Shown piece by piece: positions 27,340 to 36,997 of a stretch of DNA of 64,000 bases. The notes beneath the pieces were generated by a model that saw nothing but the letters and a program-made list of their open reading frames with translations, was not told the DNA's origin and did not search any database. The stretch comes from a virus. Position 1 is the first letter of the stretch. The number at the start of each line of letters is the position of its first letter. The position numbers were made by a program, and so were the translations under genes. The DNA lies in IMG/VR virus record IMGVR_UViG_3300020180_000015, positions 1 to 64,000 of that record; one strand, given 5' to 3'.

Positions 27340-27370
27340 TGTCTTACAGCTGTAAGACACCTGTAAGACA
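27340..27370. repeat. Three CTGTAAGACA boxes (20-bp perfect palindrome plus direct copy); candidate parC/operator
   Basis: TGTCTTACAGCTGTAAGACA-C-CTGTAAGACA between parM and the next gene. Confidence 0.6.
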
Positions 27371-27386
27371 TATATGCGGGGCAGAT

Positions 27387-27944
27387 ATGGCAAAGGATAA
27401 GCGAGTCACTCTAACGATCAAACTACTGCCAGACGCAGACTCGGACATCATTAAATGGTGGTCGAGTCTGCCGCTTGGCAGTAACAAAAACACCACTGGT
27501 AGTCGCAATACCTATGCCAAGACCGTGCTGCGGTATGCGATCAAAGAAGAGGATCATATCCGTGAATTAGAGGCTGAAAAGGTGGAGCTTGCGTCTCAAC
27601 TCCAGCTTGAGCAGACACGGGTACACGATCTGCAAGGCGACATTGATCTGCTGCGTCGGCAGGCGACTAAGGCTTATGATCAACAGGATCGTGACATTAA
27701 TGAGTTAAGAACGATATTGTCCCGACTCCCTATTATTGCCGAGAAAGCCGTGCAGCAATTTGTGCCAACGCAGTCCGACGCCGGGCGTTTAGACGATATT
27801 CAGCAGCAGCTAAATGAACTTATGGAACGTATCGAGGAAGTAGCAAAGACGCGCGGGACGGCTGAAAAGCCCACAAAAAAGCGGACACTTTCAGAGGAGG
27901 AACTTGCTGATCGTGATCGCCGGATGCAAAGAACGAACTGGTGA
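27387..27944 (+). CDS. Putative ParR-like adaptor (RHH-like N-terminus plus coiled coil)
   Basis: VTLTIKL..DADSDIIKWW...YAKTVLRYAI then heptad region; directly downstream of parM. Confidence 0.55.
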   Translation: MAKDKRVTLTIKLLPDADSDIIKWWSSLPLGSNKNTTGSRNTYAKTVLRYAIKEEDHIRELEAEKVELASQLQLEQTRVHDLQGDIDLLRRQATKAYDQQDRDINELRTILSRLPIIAEKAVQQFVPTQSDAGRLDDIQQQLNELMERIEEVAKTRGTAEKPTKKRTLSEEELADRDRRMQRTNW

Positions 27945-27958
27945 CGCCGGAATGCTAT

Positions 27959-28004
27959 AAAAAACGCGCCGCCCGGCATACACCGGGCGGCGCGTTTTCG
28001 TTTC
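27959..28004. terminator. Bidirectional intrinsic terminator
   Basis: AAAAAACGCGCCGCCCGG-N6-CCGGGCGGCGCGTTTT between convergent genes. Confidence 0.85.
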
Positions 28005-28013
28005 GGTCGGCAG

Positions 28014-28322
28014 TTATTTCCTGCCGAGCAGCCGTTTCATCGCCAATCCCTCCGGCGTAATCTGGTAGGCGGCGTCGCTCCGTTCGCCTCGCTTCTCCAG
28101 CGCACCAGACATATGAAGCGCTTGGAATTGTTCGCTCAACGCACGGCTGCCGAACTCGGCAAAGCGCGGATCGCGGCTCATGTTCATAGACGGCTTGAAA
28201 TCGTCCTTATTTAGATACTCAAAGATGGCACGGCGCAGCTTCCGCCGGGCATCCTCTGGCAAGTCGATCAGCGTCGGCTTGAACTGTCCCTGTTTTTGCT
28301 CGGTTATCACCATTTTACCCAT
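28014..28322 (-). CDS. Hypothetical winged-helix-like protein
   Basis: ALHMSGALEK...YQITPEG. Confidence 0.6.
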   Translation of the reverse strand: MGKMVITEQKQGQFKPTLIDLPEDARRKLRRAIFEYLNKDDFKPSMNMSRDPRFAEFGSRALSEQFQALHMSGALEKRGERSDAAYQITPEGLAMKRLLGRK

Positions 28323-28329
28323 CCCTTTG

Positions 28330-29118
28330 TTATCCTCCCACTGCGACTAGCTCGACGACGTGAAGGTACTCCTTCACCTTGCCATCGGGTTGGGGTGCGT
28401 GCTGAACTTGTGCGGTAAAACGCCACTGCCCGTGTGCCTCAACCTTGCCCTCATCGACGCTCAGTCCGAGCGCCTTGAGCAGTTCTCCTGCGACACTCCA
28501 GTCTTTCGAGTCGCCGCCGCTTTTCCCCTTCACGTAAACCGTGTGAAGCGGATACTTGACCCCGGCGGGTCCCCAAAACTGATAAGTCGGCGATCCGGCG
28601 TTCGTGCTTTTGACGATCTTATTGACTAGCCAACTCACGGTATCGCCGTTTTTGAACTGCGGGTTGTTGAGTGCCGACGCTCTTATCGAGTACTGACTGC
28701 CGTTCGGCGATTGCTGCGCCGCTGGGGGCTGCTGTGGCGTATTTACCACTGGCGGCTCACCAACGTCCCCCAACGGCGTTCCCGTCGCCAACAGCATGGC
28801 TGCGGTCATTAGCTGCTGCGGTGTGGTCGTTTCGGTTGCGATGAGCGTTATAGATCGCCCATCGATAACCGTCGTCATTTTTGCCACGATGCTCGGCATA
28901 TCCGACGGCGGCGTGATCTGACATGCGACGTTCTTCTCGTCACTCTTTTTACCCGCCTGCAGCAATTTATCCACGTAGCGCACAACTCGCAACGTCTCTC
29001 TCAGTATCTCCGTCGTACAAAGCGGCATGACCCACACGGCATATCGCGTCTTACCTTCTGTCCACACACGTTCCCCGATGACCGCCTGCCCGGTCGCCAG
29101 TGTCGGCTGACTTTCCAT
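28330..29118 (-). CDS. Hypothetical protein
   Basis: 262-aa two-domain ORF with Gln/Pro linker; GGAGG RBS. Confidence 0.7.
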   Translation of the reverse strand: MESQPTLATGQAVIGERVWTEGKTRYAVWVMPLCTTEILRETLRVVRYVDKLLQAGKKSDEKNVACQITPPSDMPSIVAKMTTVIDGRSITLIATETTTPQQLMTAAMLLATGTPLGDVGEPPVVNTPQQPPAAQQSPNGSQYSIRASALNNPQFKNGDTVSWLVNKIVKSTNAGSPTYQFWGPAGVKYPLHTVYVKGKSGGDSKDWSVAGELLKALGLSVDEGKVEAHGQWRFTAQVQHAPQPDGKVKEYLHVVELVAVGG

Positions 29119-29340
29119 TACGCTAAGCCCTCCATCCTTTATATCCTAGATTATAAAGCTGTTACACGTCAAGAGGCGGATATTAATTCGTCGATCTCTC
29201 GGATCGCTTGTTTGCGTCCGTCTCTCTCGACACGGGTTTGAAACGGCATCGACTCAAGGATCACCAGCGCAAGTCGTGCGATGCGTAACGACTGCCGCCG
29301 TATCAAATTCGTCAATTTGTCGAATTTCACCCTATCCCCC

Positions 29341-29372
29341 TTGACTTCATATTCTTTCCATTATACATTATA
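29341..29372 (+). promoter_or_regulatory. Sigma70 promoter with operator
   Basis: TTGACT-N17-TACATT; CATATTCTTT-N5-ATACATTATA. Confidence 0.7.
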
Positions 29373-29407
29373 ACCATTGTAGGCGGGCGAGTAAAGGGAC
29401 GAACGAA

Positions 29408-29749
29408 ATGAAAGCAGTTACAGCGGTAGGCGGATCGGTTATAAAGTTCTTCTGGTTCATGATTTCATCGGTTATCTACGTGGTCGCACTCGCAGCATAT
29501 CACGCGCTGCGAATCGCCTTCCGGTTCTTGCAGTCGGTGCTGGTCGCCATCGCTTTCGCATTTTTAGCCTTCGCTTATTTTAACGCGACGCCAGACGGCA
29601 AGTCAAAGATCGGGCGGATCATGCAGTGGGTGGTGGGCGAGGCACCGAAGCAGGATGCCGACTCCAAGCGGAAGCTGATGGCTACCCGTGTCCGCGCTGG
29701 CGGCAAGAATAAACGCACGAAGGTTTACGACAAAGCCTTTGGGCGTTAA
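29408..29749 (+). CDS. Small membrane protein
   Basis: Two hydrophobic segments followed by a basic tail. Confidence 0.6.
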   Translation: MKAVTAVGGSVIKFFWFMISSVIYVVALAAYHALRIAFRFLQSVLVAIAFAFLAFAYFNATPDGKSKIGRIMQWVVGEAPKQDADSKRKLMATRVRAGGKNKRTKVYDKAFGR

Positions 29750-29810
29750 GATTATCAAGACGCGAATCGACGCGCCGCAGCAATGCGGCGCTTTATCATG
29801 GGGGGTCACG

Positions 29811-30173
29811 ATGTCAGAGGGGAAAGAGGTGCTGCGAACATTGATCACATTAAAGGTGATGGCGCAGTTTTTACAGGACACTGGGAAACATCCAAGACCC
29901 CGTGATCTGTTATCGCCGGGATTTACTATCCGTGCGGAATGGGAGCGGCTCGGCATCCACAAGGAATACCCGCACCAGATGCATCTGCCGCACTTGTACG
30001 CGGCATTCTGGGATCTCAAGGGGCTTGGGTTGATCGACGACGTGGGTGATGGTCGTGTGGATCGGAACGTGCCGCAGTTTCAATTGAGTGAGCGCGGCGT
30101 GCAAGCCGCCGCGATGTTGGGTAACGATTGGCGGCAATGGAAAACGCCGGAGGAACTAGCCAATGCTGTTTAA
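29811..30173 (+). CDS. Winged-helix hypothetical protein
   Basis: LYAAFWDLKGLGLI...FQLSERG. Confidence 0.6.
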   Translation: MSEGKEVLRTLITLKVMAQFLQDTGKHPRPRDLLSPGFTIRAEWERLGIHKEYPHQMHLPHLYAAFWDLKGLGLIDDVGDGRVDRNVPQFQLSERGVQAAAMLGNDWRQWKTPEELANAV

Positions 30174-30324
30174 ACCGGAACATATTCTGCCGATCATTGA
30201 GGATCGGAAAACTCAGACGCGCCGCGAGTACCGGGAAGGGGAACACCTCGATTCGTATTGGGGCGGGAAAGTCCGCGCATGGAAGATCGACTTTAAACGC
30301 CTGAAGGTTTCGGAGTCGACGTGA
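30163..30324 (+). pseudogene. Internally deleted ASCH-domain gene (53 aa)
   Basis: MLFKPEHILPIIEDRKTQTRR joined almost directly to AWKIDF; GGAGG RBS. Confidence 0.55.
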
Positions 30325-30423
30325 AGAGCTATAGTTAAAACAGGTCGGTGTGGCAGCCGACCTATCATCGTTAATTAATGCCTCCGCCGAACACGGAGGC
30401 ACAAGAAAGGTGCTGGCAGGCAG

Positions 30424-31323
30424 ATGGTTTTCGATTCTCTATCCCCCGAACAACAGAAGCAAGTTCAAGACATTTTAGGTGAACTCAGAGTCAATAGCGG
30501 TAGGCTAGTGCGGATACGTATTGAGCAAGGGCAGCGTTTGCTGCGTCTTAAGGCAGTCGTCGGTCACGGCGGTTGGTTGTCGTGGTTGATCTCCTGCGAC
30601 ACAAATAGCGGCTACAAGTCGATTAAGACTGTTGAACGCGACATGATGCTGGCGGAAGCCCTGACGCCACACCTTATTGGTCTGACCGACGATATGCTCT
30701 CCGATCTAACCAACCTCACGGCGATGCGTGAACTCAGCGGCGACGAGAACGCCGATGCGCTCGACACGGCGATCCACCTGATGAAACAGGGGATCAGAGT
30801 CAACGGCGGTGCGGCGACGAAATTATCTGCCATTCACGCTGTGTCACCGGAACTCGGCATCCGGGTGCGTGATGGCAAGATCACGGTCGACGACGCCTAC
30901 GCGGTTGCTCGGCGTATTGACGAAGTGAAACCCGCGCAGAAAGTGGTCGATCTGATTGTGCAATCGGGCGTCAAGTCGGGCGGGGTAGTGGATGCGCTGT
31001 CGTTGATGCATGATGAGCAGCGCGTGAAGTTTGAGGAAGTCGTCGCCAGTGGATCGATCTACAATGCCGCAACGGGGCAGGAAGTGCCGCTCGGCGAGGC
31101 ATCCCTTGCTGACGCGACCTTAGCCGTCAACGACGAGGACGCCGAACGCGAACGCCGCCGCCGGGAGTACATTCAGGCGTGGCGTGATGAGCAACCGGAA
31201 CGCATCGCCGTGATCAGCGGTACTCGCGCCGAAGTGATCGCCCAGCTTGCCAAAGTCATCACCGCCGAAGAGTCGGTGAAGATTTATGTCTATCCCCAAG
31301 CGGTTTCGATCCCAACTGAATAG
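30424..31323 (+). CDS. DUF3102-like domain protein
   Basis: IEQGQRLLRLKAVVGHGGWLSWL. Confidence 0.65.
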   Translation: MVFDSLSPEQQKQVQDILGELRVNSGRLVRIRIEQGQRLLRLKAVVGHGGWLSWLISCDTNSGYKSIKTVERDMMLAEALTPHLIGLTDDMLSDLTNLTAMRELSGDENADALDTAIHLMKQGIRVNGGAATKLSAIHAVSPELGIRVRDGKITVDDAYAVARRIDEVKPAQKVVDLIVQSGVKSGGVVDALSLMHDEQRVKFEEVVASGSIYNAATGQEVPLGEASLADATLAVNDEDAERERRRREYIQAWRDEQPERIAVISGTRAEVIAQLAKVITAEESVKIYVYPQAVSIPTE

Positions 31324-31439
31324 GAAGTGCAGATGGATAAGCGCATTGCCGAAATGGATCGACTGCTTTAAAACCGACGCGGGCGGCGGGGCAAGACTCG
31401 CAACCCGCGTTTTGATTGCTATTTGATCAACGCAAATGC

Positions 31440-31487
31440 TTGACTTCGATCTCTGTTTAGCTTATACTCTTTACTGTAAAGATTATA
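31440..31487 (+). promoter_or_regulatory. Sigma70 promoter with best-match 25-bp operator
   Basis: TTGACT-N17-TATACT; TATACTCTTT-actgt-AAAGATTATA at 31463-31487. Confidence 0.8.
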
Positions 31488-31503
31488 AAAAGGCAGGCGG
31501 GAA

Positions 31504-32589
31504 ATGGCACACGGGATTTTAGGTCAACGCTTTTTCAACAACCGGACTCAACCAGCGTGGCACGAACTCGGCGTCAACACGGAAGAGGCACACACGGCGG
31601 AAGAGGCACTACGACGGCTTGGGCTTTACGCGGTCACCAAGCGCCCGATGTTTACACACTACGACGGCGCGATGCGTAAGACGGGTTGGTACTCGCTGAT
31701 GCGCGAACCGATCCCTGAAGACCCGGAATGGCGAGCCTTCGGCACTCCGGTGAGCGAGGACTACGAACTGGTGGATCCGATGTCTTGCGTGAAAGCGTGG
31801 GACGGCGCGGTCAAGGACGCGCACGGAAAGCCTGTCTCAATTGAGACGTTCGGAGTGCTGGGGAAGGGCGAACAGATTTTCATCAGCGTCAAGCTGCCCA
31901 AGACAATCGTCGTGCGCGGCGACGAAATAGACACTTATTTGCTTTATAACAACCCGATGTCAAACGGGTTCACCTGCGGTGGTTACACGACAGGCGTGAG
32001 GGTGGTCTGTCAGAATACGCTGAACGCGGCGCTACGTGGCACGATTCAAAGTTTCGCGGTGACACACACCAGCGGGGCGATTGAGCGATTGAGCAAGTGG
32101 CTCGGACAGATTTACGCGACTGCAATCGCCTCAACCGAAGTGCTGCAGGCGGGGTACGAAGCCCTCGCCGACAAGCGGATCAGTAACGATGCGGCGCGCT
32201 GGGTCATTGAAAAGACCTACGAACTGCCGAGGATGCCGGATCAGACTGATCCAGAGGATCGGGGGACGCTCGACATCGAAGAGCGTATGAAGCGGTACGA
32301 CCGCGAACGTGACCTTATCCGCCGACTGCGGCAGAAAGCCTACAGCTTTTGGGAAGGCGAAGGCACGGGGATGGATACGCCAGCGGTTCAGGGGACCGCG
32401 TTCGGAGTGTGGAACGCGGTCACCGAACTCGAAACGTACCGCAAAGGGGACTTGAGCAAGGCGACTGCCCAACTGCTGAATGGCGCACGGGCGGATCGCA
32501 TCCGAAACTCCTACACCTTGGCGCTGCACGCGGATCGTTGGCAAACGATCAGCGACAGCGAACTGAAGCTGAAGAAAGTCCGCGTCTAA
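31504..32589 (+). CDS. DUF932-family phage/plasmid protein
   Basis: PAWHELG, VRVVCQNTL, GTAFGVWNAVTE. Confidence 0.85.
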   Translation: MAHGILGQRFFNNRTQPAWHELGVNTEEAHTAEEALRRLGLYAVTKRPMFTHYDGAMRKTGWYSLMREPIPEDPEWRAFGTPVSEDYELVDPMSCVKAWDGAVKDAHGKPVSIETFGVLGKGEQIFISVKLPKTIVVRGDEIDTYLLYNNPMSNGFTCGGYTTGVRVVCQNTLNAALRGTIQSFAVTHTSGAIERLSKWLGQIYATAIASTEVLQAGYEALADKRISNDAARWVIEKTYELPRMPDQTDPEDRGTLDIEERMKRYDRERDLIRRLRQKAYSFWEGEGTGMDTPAVQGTAFGVWNAVTELETYRKGDLSKATAQLLNGARADRIRNSYTLALHADRWQTISDSELKLKKVRV

Positions 32590-32660
32590 CAAAGTTACCC
32601 GGTGCGCCGCCTGCCGAACACAGGCAGCGCACCTTCGCAGAGATTAGTGGAGGAACGAAG

Positions 32661-33053
32661 ATGCCTTACGACAAACAAATCCCGGAAGATGAGTATGTTC
32701 TAACGGGGCGGCAAGCACCGCACATGGGGGAAGTCATCGCGCCGATGCGTTTGCTGCGCGGCGTGGCAGGGGCGTATGGCACGCTCTTCTATGATGCTGA
32801 TACCGACGAATGGGGGGGGGTAGTTGAATCCCACATCAGTGACACGTATGTCCCTTGCCGCATCCGGCGAGGCGAGGACGGTAAAGCCGAAACGGTGTTT
32901 GATTTTTGCGACGAAGGTGCCGTGCCGATCCACAGCATGATCGGGGTGGATAATACGCTGCTCGGCGCAATGTCCCGGATGGTCGCTTACCTCAATCCGC
33001 CGGATGACGATAACAGTGGCGGGAATATGCCCGTCAAAACGGAGGCGCACTGA
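32661..33053 (+). CDS. Hypothetical protein
   Basis: GGAGG RBS before ATG 32661. Confidence 0.6.
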   Translation: MPYDKQIPEDEYVLTGRQAPHMGEVIAPMRLLRGVAGAYGTLFYDADTDEWGGVVESHISDTYVPCRIRRGEDGKAETVFDFCDEGAVPIHSMIGVDNTLLGAMSRMVAYLNPPDDDNSGGNMPVKTEAH

Positions 33054-33301
33054 TGCGCCAACTAAGCCCAAAGGAGGCGGCGGCACTGCGCCGCCTCCAA
33101 GATGAGCTAATCGAAGCAGGGGTGCAGTTCGGTTGGCGACCCCATGTGCCGATCAGCGCGGAACTGCCGCCCCATGTCACCTTAAGCTACTTAAAGAGTC
33201 AGCTTGTGCCGGAATATGCTGGCGAGTTTCGCAGTATCGTGAATACGTTGTGCGGATTCAACCCCGCCGACCTGCCAACCGAGGAGATTATCCGTGGATA
33301 A
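33053..33301 (+). CDS. Hypothetical protein
   Basis: TGATG overlap with upstream gene. Confidence 0.6.
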   Translation: MRQLSPKEAAALRRLQDELIEAGVQFGWRPHVPISAELPPHVTLSYLKSQLVPEYAGEFRSIVNTLCGFNPADLPTEEIIRG

Positions 33302-33722
33302 CAAGAAGCTGAAGGCACTCCGCGAGATGGCGGGATGCCGCGCCGCCATCGGTACGCTGCAAGAAACCGTGCCGCGCCGTACCTCGGAGTTTAGTGACCT
33401 GACGGCACAGGCGCTGGCGCTTGATTCTGAACTTGCCAAGTCTGTGTCCGAACTGCTCAATCATATAGACAGCACGGATGCGGCGCACTCGAAACTGATC
33501 TTTATGTTGGTGATGCGGCAGGGCGAACTGCGGATGGTCATCGACGATCTTGCGCCGGATCATCCGATCCTAACTCGCGTCCCTCGTTTATGGATCAACC
33601 AACTGGTCGACCACCTGCGAGAAGGGCTGATCGAGATTGCCGAACTCGACGGCAATGCGGCTGCTATAGCACGAGCGCGGTTGGATACACAGCCGCTGCC
33701 AGAGGACGCCGACGAGTCTTAA
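33294..33722 (+). CDS. Hypothetical helical protein
   Basis: GAGGAG RBS, overlapping operon order. Confidence 0.6.
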   Translation: MDNKKLKALREMAGCRAAIGTLQETVPRRTSEFSDLTAQALALDSELAKSVSELLNHIDSTDAAHSKLIFMLVMRQGELRMVIDDLAPDHPILTRVPRLWINQLVDHLREGLIEIAELDGNAAAIARARLDTQPLPEDADES

Positions 33723-33804
33723 GTGCCGCTGGGTCGTGTGTTGACCGACGCGCACGACCAGCCCATAATGTATCGTATAAAGAGTACAAAGCAACGAGGC
33801 GCAG

Positions 33805-34173
33805 ATGTTTAAGTATTATACGCCACAGAATATCCCGCACTTCGGCGAACGTCGCAGTGATCGGATCGTCGTAATCCCGATCAACAGCGGCAATGTCGTC
33901 GGCAAATGCTGGATTGCGGAATGGGCGCATATTCAGACTGAAATAGCACGACGCGGGCAAGACGATCTCGGACTCGTCGTGATGGATGCAAAGGCGGCAC
34001 TGATCGCCGCGACCTACGATGACGCAGCTGCAATGTGGGAACCAATTGTTATCAAGTCCGACAGTGGGGCAGTGGTCGCGGTGGTGATGACGCTCGACTG
34101 CTTCACGGTCGGACTTGATTGGTTGAAATATCGACTCGAAGAAACGGGCGAATGGGGTATCGCAGTCAAGTAG
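33805..34173 (+). CDS. Hypothetical protein
   Basis: Downstream of promoter TTGACC-N17-CATAAT (33741-33769). Confidence 0.6.
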   Translation: MFKYYTPQNIPHFGERRSDRIVVIPINSGNVVGKCWIAEWAHIQTEIARRGQDDLGLVVMDAKAALIAATYDDAAAMWEPIVIKSDSGAVVAVVMTLDCFTVGLDWLKYRLEETGEWGIAVK

Positions 34174-34247
34174 CAGTACCGCCCACAGCGAAGCGCCGAT
34201 ACGCCGAGCGGGGCAATAACACATCGATGGCTTAAGCAATTGAGGAC

Positions 34248-34517
34248 ATGGCAGTGTCACAGATCACGATTCAATACTCCCAAACAGAAACAGAACAACC
34301 AGAAAAATGCTGTCAGGATTGCGGTGCGCCGCTGCGGATGGATTGGTTTCCATCCTTCTTGGGTCGACACGGATATTGGTCGGCTACGTGCGATACGACG
34401 ACGTGCGAACTCGAAGGAGTCACGCTGTCTGTTCATCGCTTCCCTCTGCCTGAAGAAACGGCAGAGAGCTACCGCCGCCCGTTTCGCAACCGAAAGGACA
34501 ACCACAGCGCCGGGTAG
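34248..34517 (+). CDS. Small Zn-ribbon protein
   Basis: CQDCG...CDTTTC; GAGGA RBS. Confidence 0.55.
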   Translation: MAVSQITIQYSQTETEQPEKCCQDCGAPLRMDWFPSFLGRHGYWSATCDTTTCELEGVTLSVHRFPLPEETAESYRRPFRNRKDNHSAG

Positions 34518-34632
34518 TCTGTTAGCTCTTTCACCCGACCAATTTACCCTGACCGGTAAATTGGTCGACCATGGGGAACGCCCGCCGCAAGGCGTCGTGC
34601 TTGGACAAATTAACTAGGGAAAGGGGATCGCC

Positions 34633-35061
34633 GTGAAATCGTTGTTCGCACAGGTTGTGCAGTTAGATCGTCTGGTTGCCATCGTCGCCGACCAGCACAT
34701 CGCTACGGCAGGGGTCGATTTGAAAGTCGTCCACGTCATTATTCTCGCCGCGTTGTATGAGCGCAACGGACGCCGCGCCAAAGACTTGGCAGCCGCCATC
34801 GGGTTTCCGGCAACATCGTTCACGCCGAGTCTTGATAGTGCTGAATCCGACGGATTGGTTGAGCGACGCGCAGATAAACTGGATCGCCGCGCCGTCAATA
34901 TTTATCTGACGCCGAAAGCCGAAGCGATGCGCGATCAGGTGCTGGCGGCGTATGCCGCCATGGAGCATGGCATCCGTATCCAGATCGACGACTTCGTGTC
35001 GAGACTGCCCGAAATGACCGACCACGAGCTCGCCATTGCACTTGCGCGAGTGCTGGCATAA
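34633..35061 (+). CDS. MarR-family transcriptional regulator
   Basis: KDLAAAIG...LDSAESDGLVER..DKLDRRAVNIYLTPKA. Confidence 0.85.
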   Translation: MKSLFAQVVQLDRLVAIVADQHIATAGVDLKVVHVIILAALYERNGRRAKDLAAAIGFPATSFTPSLDSAESDGLVERRADKLDRRAVNIYLTPKAEAMRDQVLAAYAAMEHGIRIQIDDFVSRLPEMTDHELAIALARVLA

Positions 35062-35217
35062 GCATCGGCAAACCCGTCGCGCTGTGGCGGGTTGTGTGGA
35101 AGGAATAGGCAAGCGCCGATCCTAATGCCGTACCGACGCGGCGTTGCCCGTCGTGCGGCGATTTCGGCACATCGTTCAATTTAGCGGCGGGTACTGCGGA
35201 AACCACAGGAGAGCTTG

Positions 35218-35718
35218 ATGGCACTTTATATTTTCGATCTGGACGGCACATTGGTACGCGGCGTGAATGGGGTGAAAGTCCCTAAACGTCACGAGCAGCA
35301 GGAAATAATCCCCGGCGTCATCGAGAAGTGCGCCACACTTCTCGCCGAAGGACATCTACTTGCGATTGCTTCAAATCAGGGCGGAGTCGCCCATGCGCTG
35401 TGCAGTGTGCCGGACTCGGTTGATCGGGTGCGGGCTGCAAGTGAAGCGATAGGCGGCGCATCGGGTTGGATGATTTCGCTCTATCATGTGGATGGTCACG
35501 ACGTGAGTCCTCTGCACATGCCGCGACACGGAATCGCCGCGACCCCATTCTATCGCAAACCCCAGCCGGGGATGTTGCTGCATCTGATGCTCACTCTTGG
35601 GTCGACTGCGCCGAACACAGTCTTTGTCGGCGACATGCAAAGCGATGCGGATGCGGCGCGAAACGCGGGTATCGCGTTTGAGTGGGCGGAAAAGTTTTTC
35701 GCTAGAGGGGCGACATGA
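35218..35718 (+). CDS. HAD-IIIA family phosphatase (GmhB/HisB/PNKP-like)
   Basis: FDLDGTL, SNQGG, RKPQPGML, FVGDMQSD. Confidence 0.9.
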   Translation: MALYIFDLDGTLVRGVNGVKVPKRHEQQEIIPGVIEKCATLLAEGHLLAIASNQGGVAHALCSVPDSVDRVRAASEAIGGASGWMISLYHVDGHDVSPLHMPRHGIAATPFYRKPQPGMLLHLMLTLGSTAPNTVFVGDMQSDADAARNAGIAFEWAEKFFARGAT

Positions 35719-35942
35719 GCGAAAATACAGAAGAAAAACAAGAATATACCTATCTTGATGGTACGAGCGCGGGGTTGCTGAGTGAGAGTGAGGCTGCTGA
35801 TGCGGGTTTTTGTCCCGGCTGCGGCTGCTTTGTCGCGGGAACTGAACGTGAGAGTTACTCAATGCTGGTTTACGGTTTATGTGACGAGTGCGTTTACTCT
35901 TTCGACGATCACGATCAAGGCGACTTGATTGGCGAGGGATGA
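35715..35942 (+). CDS. Small acidic Zn-finger protein
   Basis: CPGC...CDEC; ATGA overlap. Confidence 0.55.
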   Translation: MSENTEEKQEYTYLDGTSAGLLSESEAADAGFCPGCGCFVAGTERESYSMLVYGLCDECVYSFDDHDQGDLIGEG

Positions 35943-35951
35943 GGTGGGTCA

Positions 35952-36392
35952 ATGCTTGAATTGCAACCGATCAGTTATTTGGAAGCTTGTACCTTCATCA
36001 ACAAAAACCATAGCCACCACCGTGCGCCGCAAGGGTGGAAGTTCGGCATTGCTGTTAATGACGGTGAAAAAGTTGTTGGTGTAATCACCGTTGGCCGTCC
36101 GGTGTCTCGGATACTTGATAACGGATGGACACTAGAGGTAACGAGGTGCTGTACCGACGGCACTAAGAACGCGGCAAGTAAACTTTATGGCGCGGCAGCG
36201 CGGGCAGCTTCCGCTTTGGGGTATAAGCGACTTATCACCTACACGCTTCAATCGGAAACGGGTACTTCTCTATTGGCGGCGGGGTGGAAATCGCTTTATG
36301 TGACGCCGGGTCGACCATGGAATTCGGCGAGTCGTCCGCGTGTGGACACTCACCCTTTAGGGCAAAAGACACTTTGGGAAGCTGTTCTGTAA
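35952..36392 (+). CDS. XF1762-family GNAT-like (Mom-related) protein
   Basis: HSHH, GRPVSR.LD, LEVTRCCTDGTKNAASKLYGAA, ITYTL..ETGTSL.AAGW. Confidence 0.75.
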   Translation: MLELQPISYLEACTFINKNHSHHRAPQGWKFGIAVNDGEKVVGVITVGRPVSRILDNGWTLEVTRCCTDGTKNAASKLYGAAARAASALGYKRLITYTLQSETGTSLLAAGWKSLYVTPGRPWNSASRPRVDTHPLGQKTLWEAVL

Positions 36393-36481
36393 GGCGGGCG
36401 AATACGACGACGAGCACGCCGACTTGTATGACTACTAAGCGGCGCGGGTCTGAACTATCAGACCCGCCAGTGCAGGGGGGC

Positions 36482-36901
36482 ATGATGAGTATGTTTGTTA
36501 TCTGGCGTGTTGATCAAGCCTACGTTTGCGGACCCGGCATTGACGGCGATATTTACGATTCAGAAGAATGGGCAAACGACGTGCGTTGGGCAACAGCACG
36601 CGAGACACCCGACTTCACCATCCTAGAATATGTCGATTGCGACCCGCCGCCCGCGCTCGATTACGCGGCGCTCTCAGACGGCGAACGCGCCGCCGTCGAT
36701 ATGCTCTACCACGGGGAGTTGCAGCAGTACGAACAGCGCCATATGCCCTGCACTAAGCGCGAGATCGCCCGGCTTGTGAAGCAAGGGTGGATTGGCGAGG
36801 ATAAGGAATGGTTTGACGAGCGTTGCTACCATGGAAGCGCCTATCATCCGGCGGTTTACTGGATCACGCTGGGGGGGATAGAGGCGATAAGTAGCGAGTA
36901 G
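36482..36901 (+). CDS. Hypothetical protein
   Basis: G-rich RBS before ATG; C-terminal winged-helix-like segment. Confidence 0.55.
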   Translation: MMSMFVIWRVDQAYVCGPGIDGDIYDSEEWANDVRWATARETPDFTILEYVDCDPPPALDYAALSDGERAAVDMLYHGELQQYEQRHMPCTKREIARLVKQGWIGEDKEWFDERCYHGSAYHPAVYWITLGGIEAISSE

Positions 36902-36997
36902 CGGGAATGGGGTAGGGGTTGCTGCCGTGTCTGGTTTACGTGGCGGTTTTATATTACGCTAAAATCAAATTCGACAATTTGACGATTTTGAGGTCAC

